Below are positions 38,701 through 52,100 of a stretch of DNA of 64,000 nt, piece after piece. The notes under the pieces were generated by a model. It was not told where the DNA came from. It saw nothing but the letters and a program-made list of their open reading frames with translations, and made no database searches. Location: assembly GCA_013239625.1 (NCBI GenBank), contig MU054400.1, positions 2,888,282 to 2,952,281 on the forward strand. The letters run 5' to 3'. The DNA is from Lama guanicoe. Lineage: Eukaryota. The position numbers and the translations under genes are program-made. Numbering within the stretch: position 1 is the stretch's first letter; every line of letters begins with the position of its first letter.

Positions 38701-39754
38701 TGCTCTTGTGTAATCAATCAAGTAACATAACCTCCGTCAGCCTCAGTGTACAGCCCACTCTGTAAAACGACATTGACAACATGGTGGAAAATACGACTGG
38801 CTACTATCTGGGGGTGCTTGTTAAGAGCCAGCTGCCGTGCTAAGTACTTTGCCGACAGCGTGGCGGCATGCTCGAGCCGAGGATCCCGACACCCACCTGT
38901 GCTGGTTCTGCTGCGTCTTTACTGATTTCGAATGCATGTGGCGCATCTAGTATAAAGCGCGGCTTGTTGTGGTCAGTAGATGTCAGTCCTGTTCTCCTGT
39001 CTCTCTTTCTTTCTCTTCCTTAGCTTGGGTCATATCAGGTCCCAATCATCTGGGCTCTGGTGCTGGGCAGTGGTGGGTCCCTGGGTGTGACTGATCAGTG
39101 CTAATGACTGTGACCCTTATCGTCTTCATGTGACAGGTCTTGACCCAGGCGAGGGCTTATTCATGATGTCAGTTTGGAGATTTAACCCGCCAGGGGGCTG
39201 CTGAGGATCTTGCAGCCATGAAGGGGCCATTTGATGTGCTGCTGGAGTGAGGGCCCAGCTTAGCCTCAGCTTTCGATTGCTCATCCTGGGTGGAACAGTC
39301 ATAGACCAGACTTGACCGATCTTTTCTCACCCTCTAGGATCTGTTGCAACTGGACAGAGGCTCTTAGTTACTAGAACAGGAATTTGAGAGAAGAATAATT
39401 GAGATCTAGAACAGATTGCCAGATATAAATGAGGTTCTCACTTCCATGACATCTTGAGATAATCCCGTTAGCCATCACCTTGGTGTGAACAGGTGTGATT
39501 AAAAAATGCTTATCTCTGATCATCTACCAAAGGCTTAGGACATGAGGCTGCTCTTGATCCCCTGCCAATGAGGAAACATGCCTGGATCTGGGGCATTACC
39601 TTCTCGTGAATTACATGCTAAGGAAATGCTTCTTGATCGTCCTCACCGAAGTACCCTGACTGGTAGATAGACGTCTCAGGGTATAACTCTAAGTTAGATG
39701 CCTCTTTTCAATCATAAAATTTTTCTTTGAAATCACAAATGTTATTTTAAACAT

Positions 39755-40230
39755 AAGTTTTGGTTATCTAATTCTGTGGAATCCCAAATTGAGTAACTTT
39801 AAACAAGAACAATTTATTATTTCTCACAGTTCTGTAGGTTGACCAGGTGATTTTCGACTTCCTATGATGTCGGCTTGGCCTTTTGGAAGGTCCAGGATGG
39901 TCCCGGGCACGTGGCAGGCAGTTGGTGATTTCTGGTTGGGAATTCAGCCGAGCTTATCGGCCGAGGGACTCAGTTCTCCTCCGGCACATGCGCACTGTGT
40001 TTTCTCCCACCATGGGAGACTCAAGGCAGTCAAACTTATTTTAAAAGCAAATCGGTGAAACCTGAAAGACCTTAAGGCTTAAGGTGCAGATGCAGCACAG
40101 TCTCATGTTCACTGCGCTCTACTGGTTAAAGCAGATAAAAAGGCCAGCCTGGCCTGAAAGCGAGGAGTTTGCACGAGCACATGAAGACAGGGAGGCGTGG
40201 CTTACTGAGGCCACCCAAGCAACAGTCTGC
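39755..40230 (-). mobile_element. MLT1-type LTR
   Basis: 'aaacaagaacaatttattatttctcacagttctgtaggttgacc' and 'ctctactggttaaagcagataaaaaggccagcc'. Confidence 0.65.
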
Positions 40231-41219
40231 TCCGACAGGGGAATCTTGCGCACTGTCCTAGAATATATGTGATGTATTTTAGTACAAAAATCCATCCTAG
40301 ATAGTAGAGTAAAATGAAGTCTTACAGAAGTTATGGTAAGATGCATTCCATGGTTTTGCTTAACTTCGCCACACTACCACGGACGTGCCCCTTGGGGAAG
40401 CGAGTTCCAGGTTTTTCTTATTTTCTCAGCTGTCTGACTGGGTCTTGGGACCTGGGAGAAAATTGGGGTGCAGCCTAGGTGGTTAGTTCATGTGTTTATC
40501 TCACTTAGTAAGCATCTATGCTGAATCCTAAAGCAAATACCAGCAATTTTTATTGATATTCATGTCTTTCTTTTCATCTTTCAGCCCTTAGACTTGAGAG
40601 TTATAAATTAGAACTTACGGCGATTTAGAAAGGAAAGACCCCGTTTTGTTAAGATGTCCAGGGATATAACTTAACTTGTTTGCCTCAGCCAGTATATTCT
40701 GCTTAAAAAAAAATCTGTTACTGGCATGTATCATACTAAAAGAATTTTTTAGAGAGGTGAACTTAGGTCAATATGGTAGTAAGATGGATATAAGCTAGGG
40801 GAGCTGCGGGGTATGGTTTTAGTAGCCCGGTCTGATTCATTTCCCTGATGGTGGAGTTTTTCACCACAAGCAGGGACAAGGATGCTTTGAAATAGCACAG
40901 CAGCCAGAAAACAAATCATATATCTAAATGTATCTGCCCTTATTTCAGGTCAAAGTCTGCAAATTATCCAAAGGACATTTTTCTTGCTTAAGTTATTTGA
41001 GCTTGGCTGCTGGGTACAGTTGTATATTACAGTCCAGCAGAGCCAAGAAAGAAAGAGACCTCAAGCAGTAGAATCTACGCAAAATACAGGAAGAGCTGTG
41101 TGCACCGCCCTGTCCCTCACTTCTTAAACTTACTGTGTGAGAGATTCCATCTGACACGTCCCCAAAATGAACACCACCACCTCTGAAACCTGACTTGTAA
41201 AAAGTAGAATTGAATTTCT

Positions 41220-41800
41220 TCCTTTCATACCCTGTATTTTATCAACAGAAGTTTCAAACATACAGAAAAGTTGAAAGAACTGTTCAGTGAACATCCATAT
41301 ACCTGTGTGGTTCTATGATGAAGATCTCTGTCTTTACCGTCATCAATCTATCCATTTTTAGAAGCATTTCAAAGTGAGCTGCAGACAACAGGACACTTCC
41401 ACCCTAAATGCTTCAGCAAGCATAAGCTAGAGTTTCATACTTGTTTATGGTCTCTCCCTTTATCTCCATCCCTTCCTCCCTCCCTCCCTTCTTTCCTTCT
41501 CTTTCTCTTTCTTTCTTACTCTCTTTATTTCTTTGCGATGAAAGTTACACGTGATGAAATACACTGGTCCTAAATGTCCTATTCCATGAGCTTTGACAAA
41601 TGCATCCCCCTGTGTGACCAAACACACCAAGACCCAGGGTATTATGATTACCCTGTAAAGTTTCCTCCTGTGCCAGTCAGTCCCCTCCACCCACCCTCCA
41701 TCAGAAGCAATCACCGTTGTGAGATTTTAAGCCGTAGATTCCTTTTGCCTCTTCTAGAGCTTTATGTGAATGGAATTATATAGTATGCATTCTGTGCAAG
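41220..41800 (-). mobile_element. Old L1 3' fragments with an internal CT-rich simple repeat (~41452-41530)
   Basis: 'aaacatacagaaaagttgaaagaa', 'gcatttcaaagtgagctgcagaca', 'gagctttgacaaatgcat' and 'gtgaatggaattatatagtatgcattct'. Confidence 0.7.
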
Positions 41801-43678
41801 AAGCGGGATTCTTTATCCAGCACTTCTAAAAAACCTTAACCCTCGGACGTGTACTTCTTCCTTGTGCTCTGAAAGCCACGGCTGCTTTAACCGCCTCCTA
41901 GAAGCAAGAATGTTTGCCCTGGGAGTCATCCTTGACTGCTCAGCAGTTTGGGGGCAGTTGACCCTGTGTCCTAATTTTGGTCCCTTGAAGCCTGCAGCAG
42001 CAGCAGCTTCTCGTTGACAAGGCAGATGAGGATGTGCAGGTGGGTGTGTTGTGATCAGAGGGCTGGGGACCATCACACAGATACCGGGAATTCCAAGCAT
42101 GACTGTGTTTACTAGCGGGTCTGCCTTTGCGTCTGTAAATCAGGCTCTGTATTATTGATTTTATTCTGAATGTTCCACGAGACAAAGGAGGAGGCAGTTT
42201 GTCTTAAAGCATGCAGTGCAATCCAGGGGCAGCACGGTGTCTATTTTCCGAGCAGCCTGAGGATCTTGGCCAACCAGGCAGACGCCACCTGCTCTGCCTC
42301 CAGAGTAGAAAAAGGAGCTGCACTCATGAGCTGACCTTATGTTTGAGGCTTTTCCAAACCCACAGAGCTCTTTGGATGACAAGAAACAGGTCACCCTACT
42401 TTCTAAGATAGATGTGGTACACTCAGCAACAAAGAGAGGGCAACCCAGATGAAGTGCACCCCAGGAGGTCTCTCCATCCAAGGCCGGGAAGGAGATACCA
42501 CTAGGCAGTGAAATCAGGAGGGCCAGGCTGTGCAGCAAGGAAGTTCCCAAGGCCGAGCCACTCAGTGCTATGCAGATATGTGAAAAGTCTCACAGGTGCC
42601 CGGCAACTGCATGCACTGGTCAGACCCCACGCTTGGAGGGGTTTAAATAGTCTGCATGTACACCCGCATTAGTCTAAGAAAACTGCTGCTCCAACACCTT
42701 GAACACGTTCCAACTGTGAGCTGGTTCCCTTTGTTTTGCATCTCACATGCTTAATTTAATGGGACACAGTTTGTATAACCAGACCAGCAGCAATCAGGCT
42801 TATCTCCACTAACAGATGATTTTATTTAGCTTTGTACTTTAATGGGTCATTGACTGCTGAGCTAAGGAAAGTTGAGCAATTTTGGGTGGGGGGGGGTGCT
42901 TACTACAGTTTAGTCATCCCAACTTTCTGTTCTGTGTGATTACATGGAGCCATCAGATTCTACTCAGCAAATAATAGGAAGATTCTGTGTCTTCCTTCAC
43001 CTCCACTGAAACATCTTACCTGAACTTCATCATGCTCTGCTTAAGGCTGGCCAAAAGCAAGAAACTTCCTTGAGTTTTCCAGCCTGGAAATAGTGTGATC
43101 GTGTAAAATTGTCATCCAAGCAATAGTTCCTCTACAAAAAAAATCTTACCAGGAAGGCTAATTTACAAATACATGGAAACATGAGTAATGACAGATATCA
43201 AATTAATAAAATGCCATATGCATCTCAGAACAACAGATAGTATCAATCATCTCTCATATTGTCTCTGATGACTTCAAAAAGCCGTACAGGGTTGGGTACA
43301 AGATTCATAAGCCCTTCCTCTAATTAGCTGCAGTCAAAACTTAATAGATAGAGGGAGATTGGACAGGCATCAGAGAAGATAAGGCATTTGCAACTGGGCT
43401 TGGCTGAAATAACACTGCAGGAAGATATATAGATCTACGATTCAAGCTTATCCAAGAATAATGGGGAAAACATAATGCTTAGATAATACGATAACCTGAG
43501 ACAATAATGTGCACAGCTTACCAAACTCAGGACAGAGGAGGAAGTGAAGGGTGGGGAGACAGCAAGACACTGGCCACAAGACACACAAAAGGACAGGAGG
43601 GTCTGTGGAGTTAACACTCTTTCTAAATGTCTTTAAAATTTTCAGGACATGCTTTGCAACTTTCCATCTCTAACTTTT

Positions 43679-43918
43679 TTTTTTTTAATTTTTATTGTAA
43701 TTTAATTAGTGGGAGAGGGCCGGGGAGAGGGATAAATTAGTAGTTCGGGATTAGCAGATATAAACTACTGTATATAAAATGGATAAACAACAAGGCCCTG
43801 CCGTACAGCACAGGAAACTATATTCAGTAGCTTATAATAAACTGTAACAAAAAAGGGTATGAAAAAGAATAGATACATATGTGTAACTGAATCACTGTGC
43901 TGTACACCAGAACCTATG
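43679..43918 (-). mobile_element. 5'-inverted (twin-primed) lineage-specific L1 3'UTR insertion
   Basis: Poly(T) and an antisense tip (to 43710) are joined to a sense-oriented L1 3'UTR (43711-43918). Flanks are ccatctctaactttt / ccaccctaactttt, with a TT/AAAA site. Confidence 0.8.
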
Positions 43919-46574
43919 CCACCCTAACTTTTAAGCAATGGTTTTGATACAGAGACTTCCACTTTCTCCAAATCCGGGGATGCTGCCCTGATGTGAGTCT
44001 GGAGGTGGACAGGTTGGGAGGTTCCTGGCACTTCTGATCCGTTACCTGTCTTGTCCACTGTAGCGGTTTTTGATGAAAGGCTTTTTAATTTGCTTTTCCC
44101 TGGAAGTGACTCTCCCCAAGCAGCTCTCCTTCTCTCTTGCATGTTGCCCTGTCTGGGCAGCCAGATCTTCAAATCCTAGAGGAAAGATGGGGAATTTTCT
44201 GCACATGTCTCTGGAGCCAGTGGCCAGGCATCCACGGCCACAATTAAGAAGGCAGAGGACAGAAAGGCAGGGTCCATCCATAGAGCTGCCTTGGCTTCTT
44301 GGTAAGGTTTATGGCTTTTAACGGATGCTTATTGTCCCTTTAAATGTTAAGAGGGAAGTCCCTTTGAACCCCTGATGGCATTCAATTATGGTCATGGTTA
44401 TAAAATGTCTCAGATCTTTGGGGAGTGTGAGCCAATCGATAGAGTATTGCAGAGAAGGAGCACAAAGCTGCGAAGGCTGGTCTTTGCCAGGTTTTCCTTT
44501 GCTCTCTGTCTCCCGTCTCACCTTCTTAGCACTAGCTTGTTTATAACTCACCTTAGCAGAAGCTTGTTCATAAGGGGCTCGTTTGCTGGCTGGACGGTGT
44601 CTGGGGAATATTATCTAACAAGAAGAGATAAATGGTGCCCTGGGATCTTTAATCCATTCAATGGGATTTTTAAAGGGTGTGATATGTTGTTCTCTTTCAG
44701 AAGCCTGTGTTAATTTCTCAGTAGCATTTTCCTAGGATGCTCAGGCTGCCCCCATTTGAGTAAATCTCTATCTTTTATTGTTGTTCCATTGAGATAGGTC
44801 TCTGTGAAACGAATCAAAGTTTGTTGCTTTGTTTACAATTTTTTCCCTGAACATGGCAACTTCAGTGATGCACACAGCTACACTTGTCGAAGAAATTATA
44901 TAAATTATATAGCGACTTTCCATCTAGCAGGATGATCTGGTCATTAGGGTGCAAGTGCAGATATGCGTTGACCAGCAGGCACTGGCCAAGAATGGAAGCT
45001 CCGCGAGGGGAGGGATTTCGGTCTCCTTTACCCACTGCTGTATCCTTAGTGCCCAAAACCCGGCCTGGCCCCGCACAGGTCCTAGGGAGCACGTTGGGTG
45101 GGTGGGGCCTGCAGTGAGGGGAATTGAAAGCACATACTCTTCTCCCCAAGACCAACCCAGTGCTGATGCCTTGTGAAATCCTCCCAAATTGGAAGGAAAG
45201 AAGTCATTTCATGTTAGGCCTCTGTGGTGTGTCTCTAAAAAGATTTCATGTCCTGCAGTATTCTGGCCTATCTGGCTCTTTTAACACATTTCTGAAAGGA
45301 AACTGGCAGAGTGAAAATGCATTTGAAGGGCCTGCTTGTTTAATAGAAGTTGATTTTTGAAAAACACCTTTTTAAAAACCCTGTTACTTTTGACTTTCCT
45401 TTTACATGGATGACCTCCGATCATGCACTATAAGACGGGGATTACAATTTAATAGTGAGATATTTCAAAGCCCAGCCATCAGGATGTCGCAGGCAGCAAA
45501 ACTCTTGTTCTTCTGCCTTTTTCTAAGAGTGGCTCCTGGTAAGGAGGATGGAGACTATGGCAGCTAGGATGGGTGAGAGAAAATGGTCAGTGACAGTCAG
45601 GCGGCCTTTGGGAATTCCATGACAGCAGCTGGAAATTAGGAGCAGGGTGGACGGGTGTGTCTTGGGGGTGAGTGGGCCACCTTAATTCCTCAGGCTGCTC
45701 ACCTGGCCCTTCCTGGAGTCACAGTCACAAAGCTAAGAGAGAGGTGCTCTTATTATTAATGCCATTTCCCACATTCCACACGATGCATGAAGGCCCAAGG
45801 GGTGTTGTGACTTCTCATGGCTAGAGACCCGGCCAGTGGAGGAGCTAGACGAGACCCCTGGAGGTTCCCTGCTGAGCCCAGGTTCCTGACCCCCATGCCC
45901 TACATCCCTCAGGACCCTGTGCTCCCAGTAGTGCTCTGACATTATTTGTGCTGTGATTCTGACCTCTGCTCCAGGGCCTCCAACACCAGTCACCAGTGTC
46001 ACTTGCCTCTTCTGGCCCTGGGGTCCCTTGGGTGCTGACATCTCTTGTCCTGTCCCTGAACAAAAACAGCATGAGGCTGAGAATGATGTCTGCACCCGTG
46101 TGTGATCAGTGCCTTAGGCCCCAGAAGCGAGCCCTCCTCCGCACCCTCACAGACCACTTCTTCAAGGCACTTCTGTTCCATCGCTTCTGGGTTGGTCGTC
46201 ACCTACGTTACCTGGAGCAGTGGTGAGTTCCATCTCGCTCCTGACACACAGGGATGTGCGAAGAAGATGCACAAAACACCAACTGGGAAGGCCTGTGAGG
46301 GAGAGAACAAAGGACGGTCTTGTCTTTGTAGCCATGGCAACCACAGCCCAGCCCCGGGTGGGGGGAAGGCCAGACCCACTGTCTTGTGCGCAGTGCTCCT
46401 TTTGACCTACAAGGAACCCCAGAGGCAGCAAAGCCTACAGGTCAGGCAAAGATGGGCGCTTCTGTCTGCTACTGTTGATTCTTTCCGTGACAGTGATAAC
46501 TGGTTTTGAAAACCACCTTTACAAGACCGATTCGTCTCTAATGGAAATGCTACAACCTCTGTTGCCTGAGTGGG

Positions 46575-47022
46575 AACTCTCCGTTTCATTGTTCTTAGAA
46601 GATACTGTGTTTTTGCTAATTGCAGGTTTGTGGCAACCCGGCGTCAAGCAAGTCTATCGACACCATTTGTCCAACAGCATTTGCTCACTTTGGTAATTCT
46701 CGCCATGTTTCATGCGTTCCCATTGTGATTAGATTGTGGTGGTGATCTGTGATCAGTGATCTTTGATGTGACTACTGTGACTGGCTAAAGGTTCTGATGA
46801 TGATGACATCATTTTTAAGCAAGGAGGTATTTTTAATGAAGGTGTGCACATTGTTCCTTAGACATCATGCTATTGCACACTCCATAGACTACAAGTAGAG
46901 AGTAAACGTAACTTTTATATGCATTGGGAAGCCAAAAAGTTGGTGTGGCTCACCTTACTGTGACAACCGCTCGATCACAGAGGTCTAGAACTGAACCCGC
47001 GGTATCTCCGAGGTATGTCTGT
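46575..47022 (+). mobile_element. Internally deleted Tigger1 derivative (TcMar-Tigger)
   Basis: The 5' part 'ggtttgtggcaacccggcgtcaagcaagtctatcg…gtgatctgtgatcagtgatctttgatg' is joined to the 3' part '…gaactgaacccgcggtatctccgaggtatgtctgt'. Confidence 0.85.
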
Positions 47023-48239
47023 GGTTGTGGTTTTTCAGGTGATGCTACGATACCACTTGCTGTGATATCAGACGGGAAAACCGAGTCTCTCTGTGGCCAA
47101 GGACAAAGTACTTGAGTGACCTAGATATTTCTGATTAGACAAATGGACCTGTTCTTACCAGGGACACGTTCAGACTCGAAGGATTACACAGCAGCTTTAA
47201 AGTTACCGAGGAAAGAGCTTTTTTCTAAATGAAAATGTGCAATTACAAGGTATGCGTTTGATTAAGGTTCTTCTCAGCAATTAACTCACAGATAGGACCT
47301 TGGAAATGAAGAGATATACGTAAATTACTGTAAGGCCTTTTATAATTTTAAAAATGTAAACAATGCTCTGAGTTCTATAAAATAAACATAAATGCACCAT
47401 ATTAATAATTATACAAGAAACCCCAAATTATCATGAAGACCATACGTGTTTTCATCTGTCTCTTTATTTATAACCCTGCTTTTTCTAAAATATAATGATT
47501 GTGACTGAAGTGCAATACTGATGGTGGCTCTGGGGAAGTGACTCACCCCTGGGTCTTGGCTCCCCTTTTCCTCTGATGGCTTCTTCTCGAAAGCCACACC
47601 TCCAGCCATGTCTAAACCATAACCCCACTGCTCACAATGCCCAGAAACTCACTTCTCATGTGAAGTATAGATGCAAGTTACTTTAGTTCCATTGCTTAGT
47701 AAGAGTCGAATCTAAAGACTAATGCTAACACTATTGTTTCAGACTTTACGGAGCGTATTGACTTTTCCCTATACCAATGAAAAGGCAAAAGACTTTACAG
47801 AAAAATTCTTGTGTGTTCTCTGAACAGCTCGGAGGACCCATGTGTGTGCTTTAGGGACATGGGGGTTAGGGTGAACCTGTAAATCTGTGTTCTGTTTCAC
47901 AGCAGTTCAAGAGAAAGAGAGGTGAAGTGAAAAGCTTTAGGACTGGGATGGGGTTCGGGATGCTTTTCGTTTTCTGTTTTTAGTACTTTAAGAAGAAATT
48001 TGAATTTTTGTAAACTATAAGTATACATTGGCTTCAATTTAACATTTTTTTAGAAATTTCAGGTTGTCATAGGGAGAAGGGAAGTAGGTAAACTAATCTA
48101 CAGGGATAGCAGTAGAAAGAGAGGGATGACAGAAGTGCACCCCAATTAAAAAACATCTGCTATCTCTCCACCTCCACCTTTGGGTGCCTTATCTATGAAT
48201 CCTCCTCCTCCGTGCTGAGTCCCTGTGGCTTTTCTGTGG

Positions 48240-48440
48240 TGGTAAAAACAGCATGGTCTGTGCTGTCAGAGAGCCCCGAGTTCAAAACTCAACACCACTA
48301 CTATTAGCTCTATGGTTTTAGCCAAATTATTCAAACTGAGCCTTAGTTCTATCTTCTGTAAAATGGGTACAGTAATGCCTGCATTAGCTTCTGTGATCTC
48401 TAAATGTGACAACAATTATCAAGTCCCTAGCATGTTTTCA
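48240..48440 (+). mobile_element. MIR
   Basis: 'ctgagccttagttctatcttctgtaaaatgggtacagtaatgcct'. Confidence 0.7.
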
Positions 48441-49109
48441 CACATTTACAAATTATCTCAATGACTTCATCTCTTTCCTCACCCCAGCCCACCTCATCAC
48501 AGTCACCATGTAACTTGGAGATGAGGGAATTTTCTGATTTTATTGGACTGCCCAGCTGAAAATCTATACATACAGCTATTTAAAATTAAATTAATTAAAA
48601 TGAAATAAAATTAAAATTTCAGTTCTTTGAAATTAAAATTTCAAACGGTGATGACATAGAGCAGCACAGATAGAATGTTTCCATTATTGCTGAAAAGTTT
48701 ATTGATTGGCACTCTTGACTTCTTGCAGCTATAGGTGTGATGCAGTTCTGGCCAATAAATTTAAATAAAGGTCCCTGGGTGAAGCTTTCTTGGAGGGCAG
48801 CTGTTGCTGCAGGGTCACGTTGTGACCAGAGTGACTTTGAGGATGGAAGCCTTGGGGATGGAGTGGAGAAATGATTTAGAGCTGATCATTTCAAGATGTA
48901 CTGTAGCTAATCACACTCTTACAACTTCATTGTCTTCCCCAATTTCCATGTCATGATCATTCCAGCTCTAAAATACTTAGTAACTCTATCTTAAATTGGA
49001 CAGTCTTTGATCTCAATGCATCACATCTTTTGATGGGAAAAGAGGCAAGTTAGAAAAAGCAGTGTACTCTTAGTAGACAGAGAAATCTTTCCCTCTCTGT
49101 CCTGACCCC

Positions 49110-49240
49110 TATTTGTTCATTCATTTCTTTTTTTCTTTTCCTTCTTTTCTTCATTCTTTTCTTCTTTCCTTCTTGCCTGCCTGCCTTCCTTCTTTCCTTC
49201 TTCCTTTCTTTTCCTTTCCTTCCCCTTCATTCCTTTCCTC
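49110..49240. repeat. CT-rich low-complexity / (CCTT)n tract
   Basis: Read directly from the sequence. Confidence 0.9.
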
Positions 49241-50814
49241 CAGAAGACATGACCTGACCTAGGAGCTGAGGTCTATTTACTGAATCAAGGAAACGCTTCA
49301 TCAATGACTCTGTAGAACTCCCCACCTAGAGTATTACTAAGCAGATGCTTCAACTATTGCTGAGAATCTGCTTCAGGCTGTGCAAAATTAGTGACTCTAA
49401 ATGGACGGTGCCTACAATGCCAAAGAGACAAAGGGAGAACGGAATCTGATAGGTGCTGCCAAACAGCTTAACTATGGAAATGCCCTTCCTTCGAAACACC
49501 TTCTTCTCTGGCCTCCCTTTCTTCATCAGAAGTTATTATACGTTATTTTCTCCTATCCTGTATGCTAGGCACATAGTGGTCTGAACTGAGAATTCATGAA
49601 TTCTAATCCTCATCATTGAATTGGCTTCTTGCCTAACCTTGGGCAGAGGACGCACCGTGTCTTTAATGCATTCTTCTAGGAATCACATGGAATGCTCTCA
49701 AAGGTTTAATTATTAATGGAATTTGCAGAGAACTTGCCTAGCTGTGTAACTCCAGCCAACCTTAATTTTTAATCTTTATAAATACCTTTGAATTTTAATA
49801 AGTTCTCAGCAAGGCAGCCATTTATTCTTTAAGCATAATAATAACTCTACCTTATGGTTTGTTTTATCTCCCCTTCATACCTCCACTATGGATGGCATTT
49901 TCTGCTATCATCCACCACCATCATACTTTATCTTCTCAAAACAACTGTGGTTGAAGAAAATGTAGTTAAGTGGAAGCTAATTGCTCAAAAGGACATCTGA
50001 ATTTTCTGGGAATGTTTGCATTCAAACTCTGTTTCTCTTTTGATATCAGAGATGAAAATTCAGGGGCAGCACTTTAAATAACAAGGTATTCTGTGAAGAG
50101 AGGAGCTATTTCTCTCCTATTGCATATGCCTGCCGAATGTAAAGCCAGTTTTTTGACTGAACTATTCTGACAGGGACAATTTCATAAATAGTGGTTAGAA
50201 CATGAGGCTGGCTCAGTTAAGTTTATTTGACTCAGAGTCAAATCTCAGGTTTTGCTGTGAAACTAATGGAAAGTAATGCTGTTATAATCCAAGTGTTTAA
50301 GTAAAATAGAAAACATCTCCATTTTAGATTATAAATTTCTTGCTTTTCTTCTCCTTTATACCAGTGTATTTCTAGCCTTACTTATGCTTGTCTGCCTTAA
50401 AGAGCATTAAAGATTTATTTTGCCCTGAATAAAAAGGGGACAAGAAAGATGGATAGTGAGACGACGCTGTTGTGACAGTAAAGCATTAAGTGAAAGTCAC
50501 AGTGGGGCTCAAGATGGCGTACACGTTCACGAGAAAGAATTTGCTAGTGTAGTTACCTTTACCGTGGAAGGTACAGTGCAAGTGGAGATGGAGGGTAGCA
50601 TGTCAAAGGGTCCCTCGAAGGGGAAGAAGGACGGTGGTGGAGATGTGGCGGGAAGGGAAGTTTCCTCAAGGGAAACATCGGGTGGCACGGGCATTCCCAC
50701 CCCTACTCCAGGGTGGGGTTTTGGAAGATGTGTGTGTGTTTGTGTGTGTAATAAAAATGAGCAGTGTGCAGAGAAATGGTGTGGACGCAGAAGCAGGGCT
50801 CTAAAAGGACACGG

Positions 50815-51255
50815 CAAAGTGTCCATCGATAGATGAATGGACCAAAAAGTGTGGTGTATACATTCATCGGGCTAATAGTCAGCCTTAAAAAGGAGGGAAA
50901 TTCTGACATATGCTACACTATAGGTAAACTTTAAGGACATTACACTGAGTGAAAGAAGCTAATCACAGGAGGACATGTACTGTATGATTCCACCTGTATG
51001 AAGTACCCACAGTAGTCAGATTCACAGAGACAAGAAGCAGAAGAGTTGTTGTCAAGGCTGGAAGTGAAGTGAGTGGGGAGTTGCTGTTTCACGGGTACAG
51101 AGTTCCAGTTTTTCAAGAAAAGATTTCTGGAGATGGATGGTGGTGATGGTTGCACAGCAGTGTGGATGTACTTAAGGCCACTGAACTGTACACTTAGAAG
51201 TGATTAAGGTGCTAAAGTTTGTGTTATGTGTAATCTATCACAGTAACAAAAAATG
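50815..51255 (+). mobile_element. L1MA/MB-type 3' end
   Basis: 'gtgtccatcgatagatgaatgga', 'aaggagggaaattctgacatatgctaca' and 'ggagatggatggtggtgatggttgcaca'. Confidence 0.9.
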
Positions 51256-51689
51256 TGCTGGGTGTAATTAAAGAAAGATGAAATTTTCTGCTTCACCTGA
51301 ATGGTAGAAGGTAGAATATGAGAGGGGATAAGAGGAAAATAACTTTCTACCAAATTGCCTTATAAACCAGTGCTTTTTAAACTGTGTCTCACATCGTTAG
51401 TGAGTCATACCAGCCATTTTTAAAAGAAATTAAAATCAAATCAAATAAAATTCAGTTAACTTTTAAAAAGTGCAGTACCTTATTGAGAGTAGATATGCTT
51501 TATGAAACTTTGGGTGAACATGAGCTTATGTATAATAAGTTACAATGTAAAAAACATTTCTTCACTTGGATTGCAATCAAATATGCCTTAAGATAGTTAA
51601 CTGGGAGTGTCAGGTAGATGGGTTCTAGACAGGAGACCATCATATTATTAACACAGGTTAGAGGTGGGAGGGTCTTGCTGGGTGATGGC

Positions 51690-52100
51690 TGTGAATGAAA
51701 TGAATGAAGACAGACAGTGGTGGGGGAAATGACAGAGGCAGGGTAGATGAGATTTGGCTACTGATTGGATGTCTATTGTGAAGACAAAAGGAAATTTAAA
51801 ATTGCTGTGTTTCCGTCTGGGTGTGTGAGAGAACAGTGAGAGAAGAGACAAGAGGGACATGGGTGGAGGATCAGGTTTGGGAAGCCAAAGATGCGTTCAA
51901 TTTTTGATGCTTTGCATTCAAAGAGAGAGAAAGACATCCAGGGAAAGTGTTCGAAAGGAAGTTGGAGATGGCAAGTGAGCTCTGAGGAGCTGTGAGACGA
52001 GGGATGTTAATGAAGAAAGATCTTTATGGAAAGAAGAGTTGAGGCTTGAAAAAAAAAAAAGGTGGTTTTAGTTGGAGAGACTGTGTAAAGAGGAAGAAAA
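51690..52100 (-). mobile_element. L2 fragment
   Basis: 'gatttggctactgattggatgt', 'gaggatcaggtttggg' and 'agacatccagggaaagtgt'. Confidence 0.55.
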
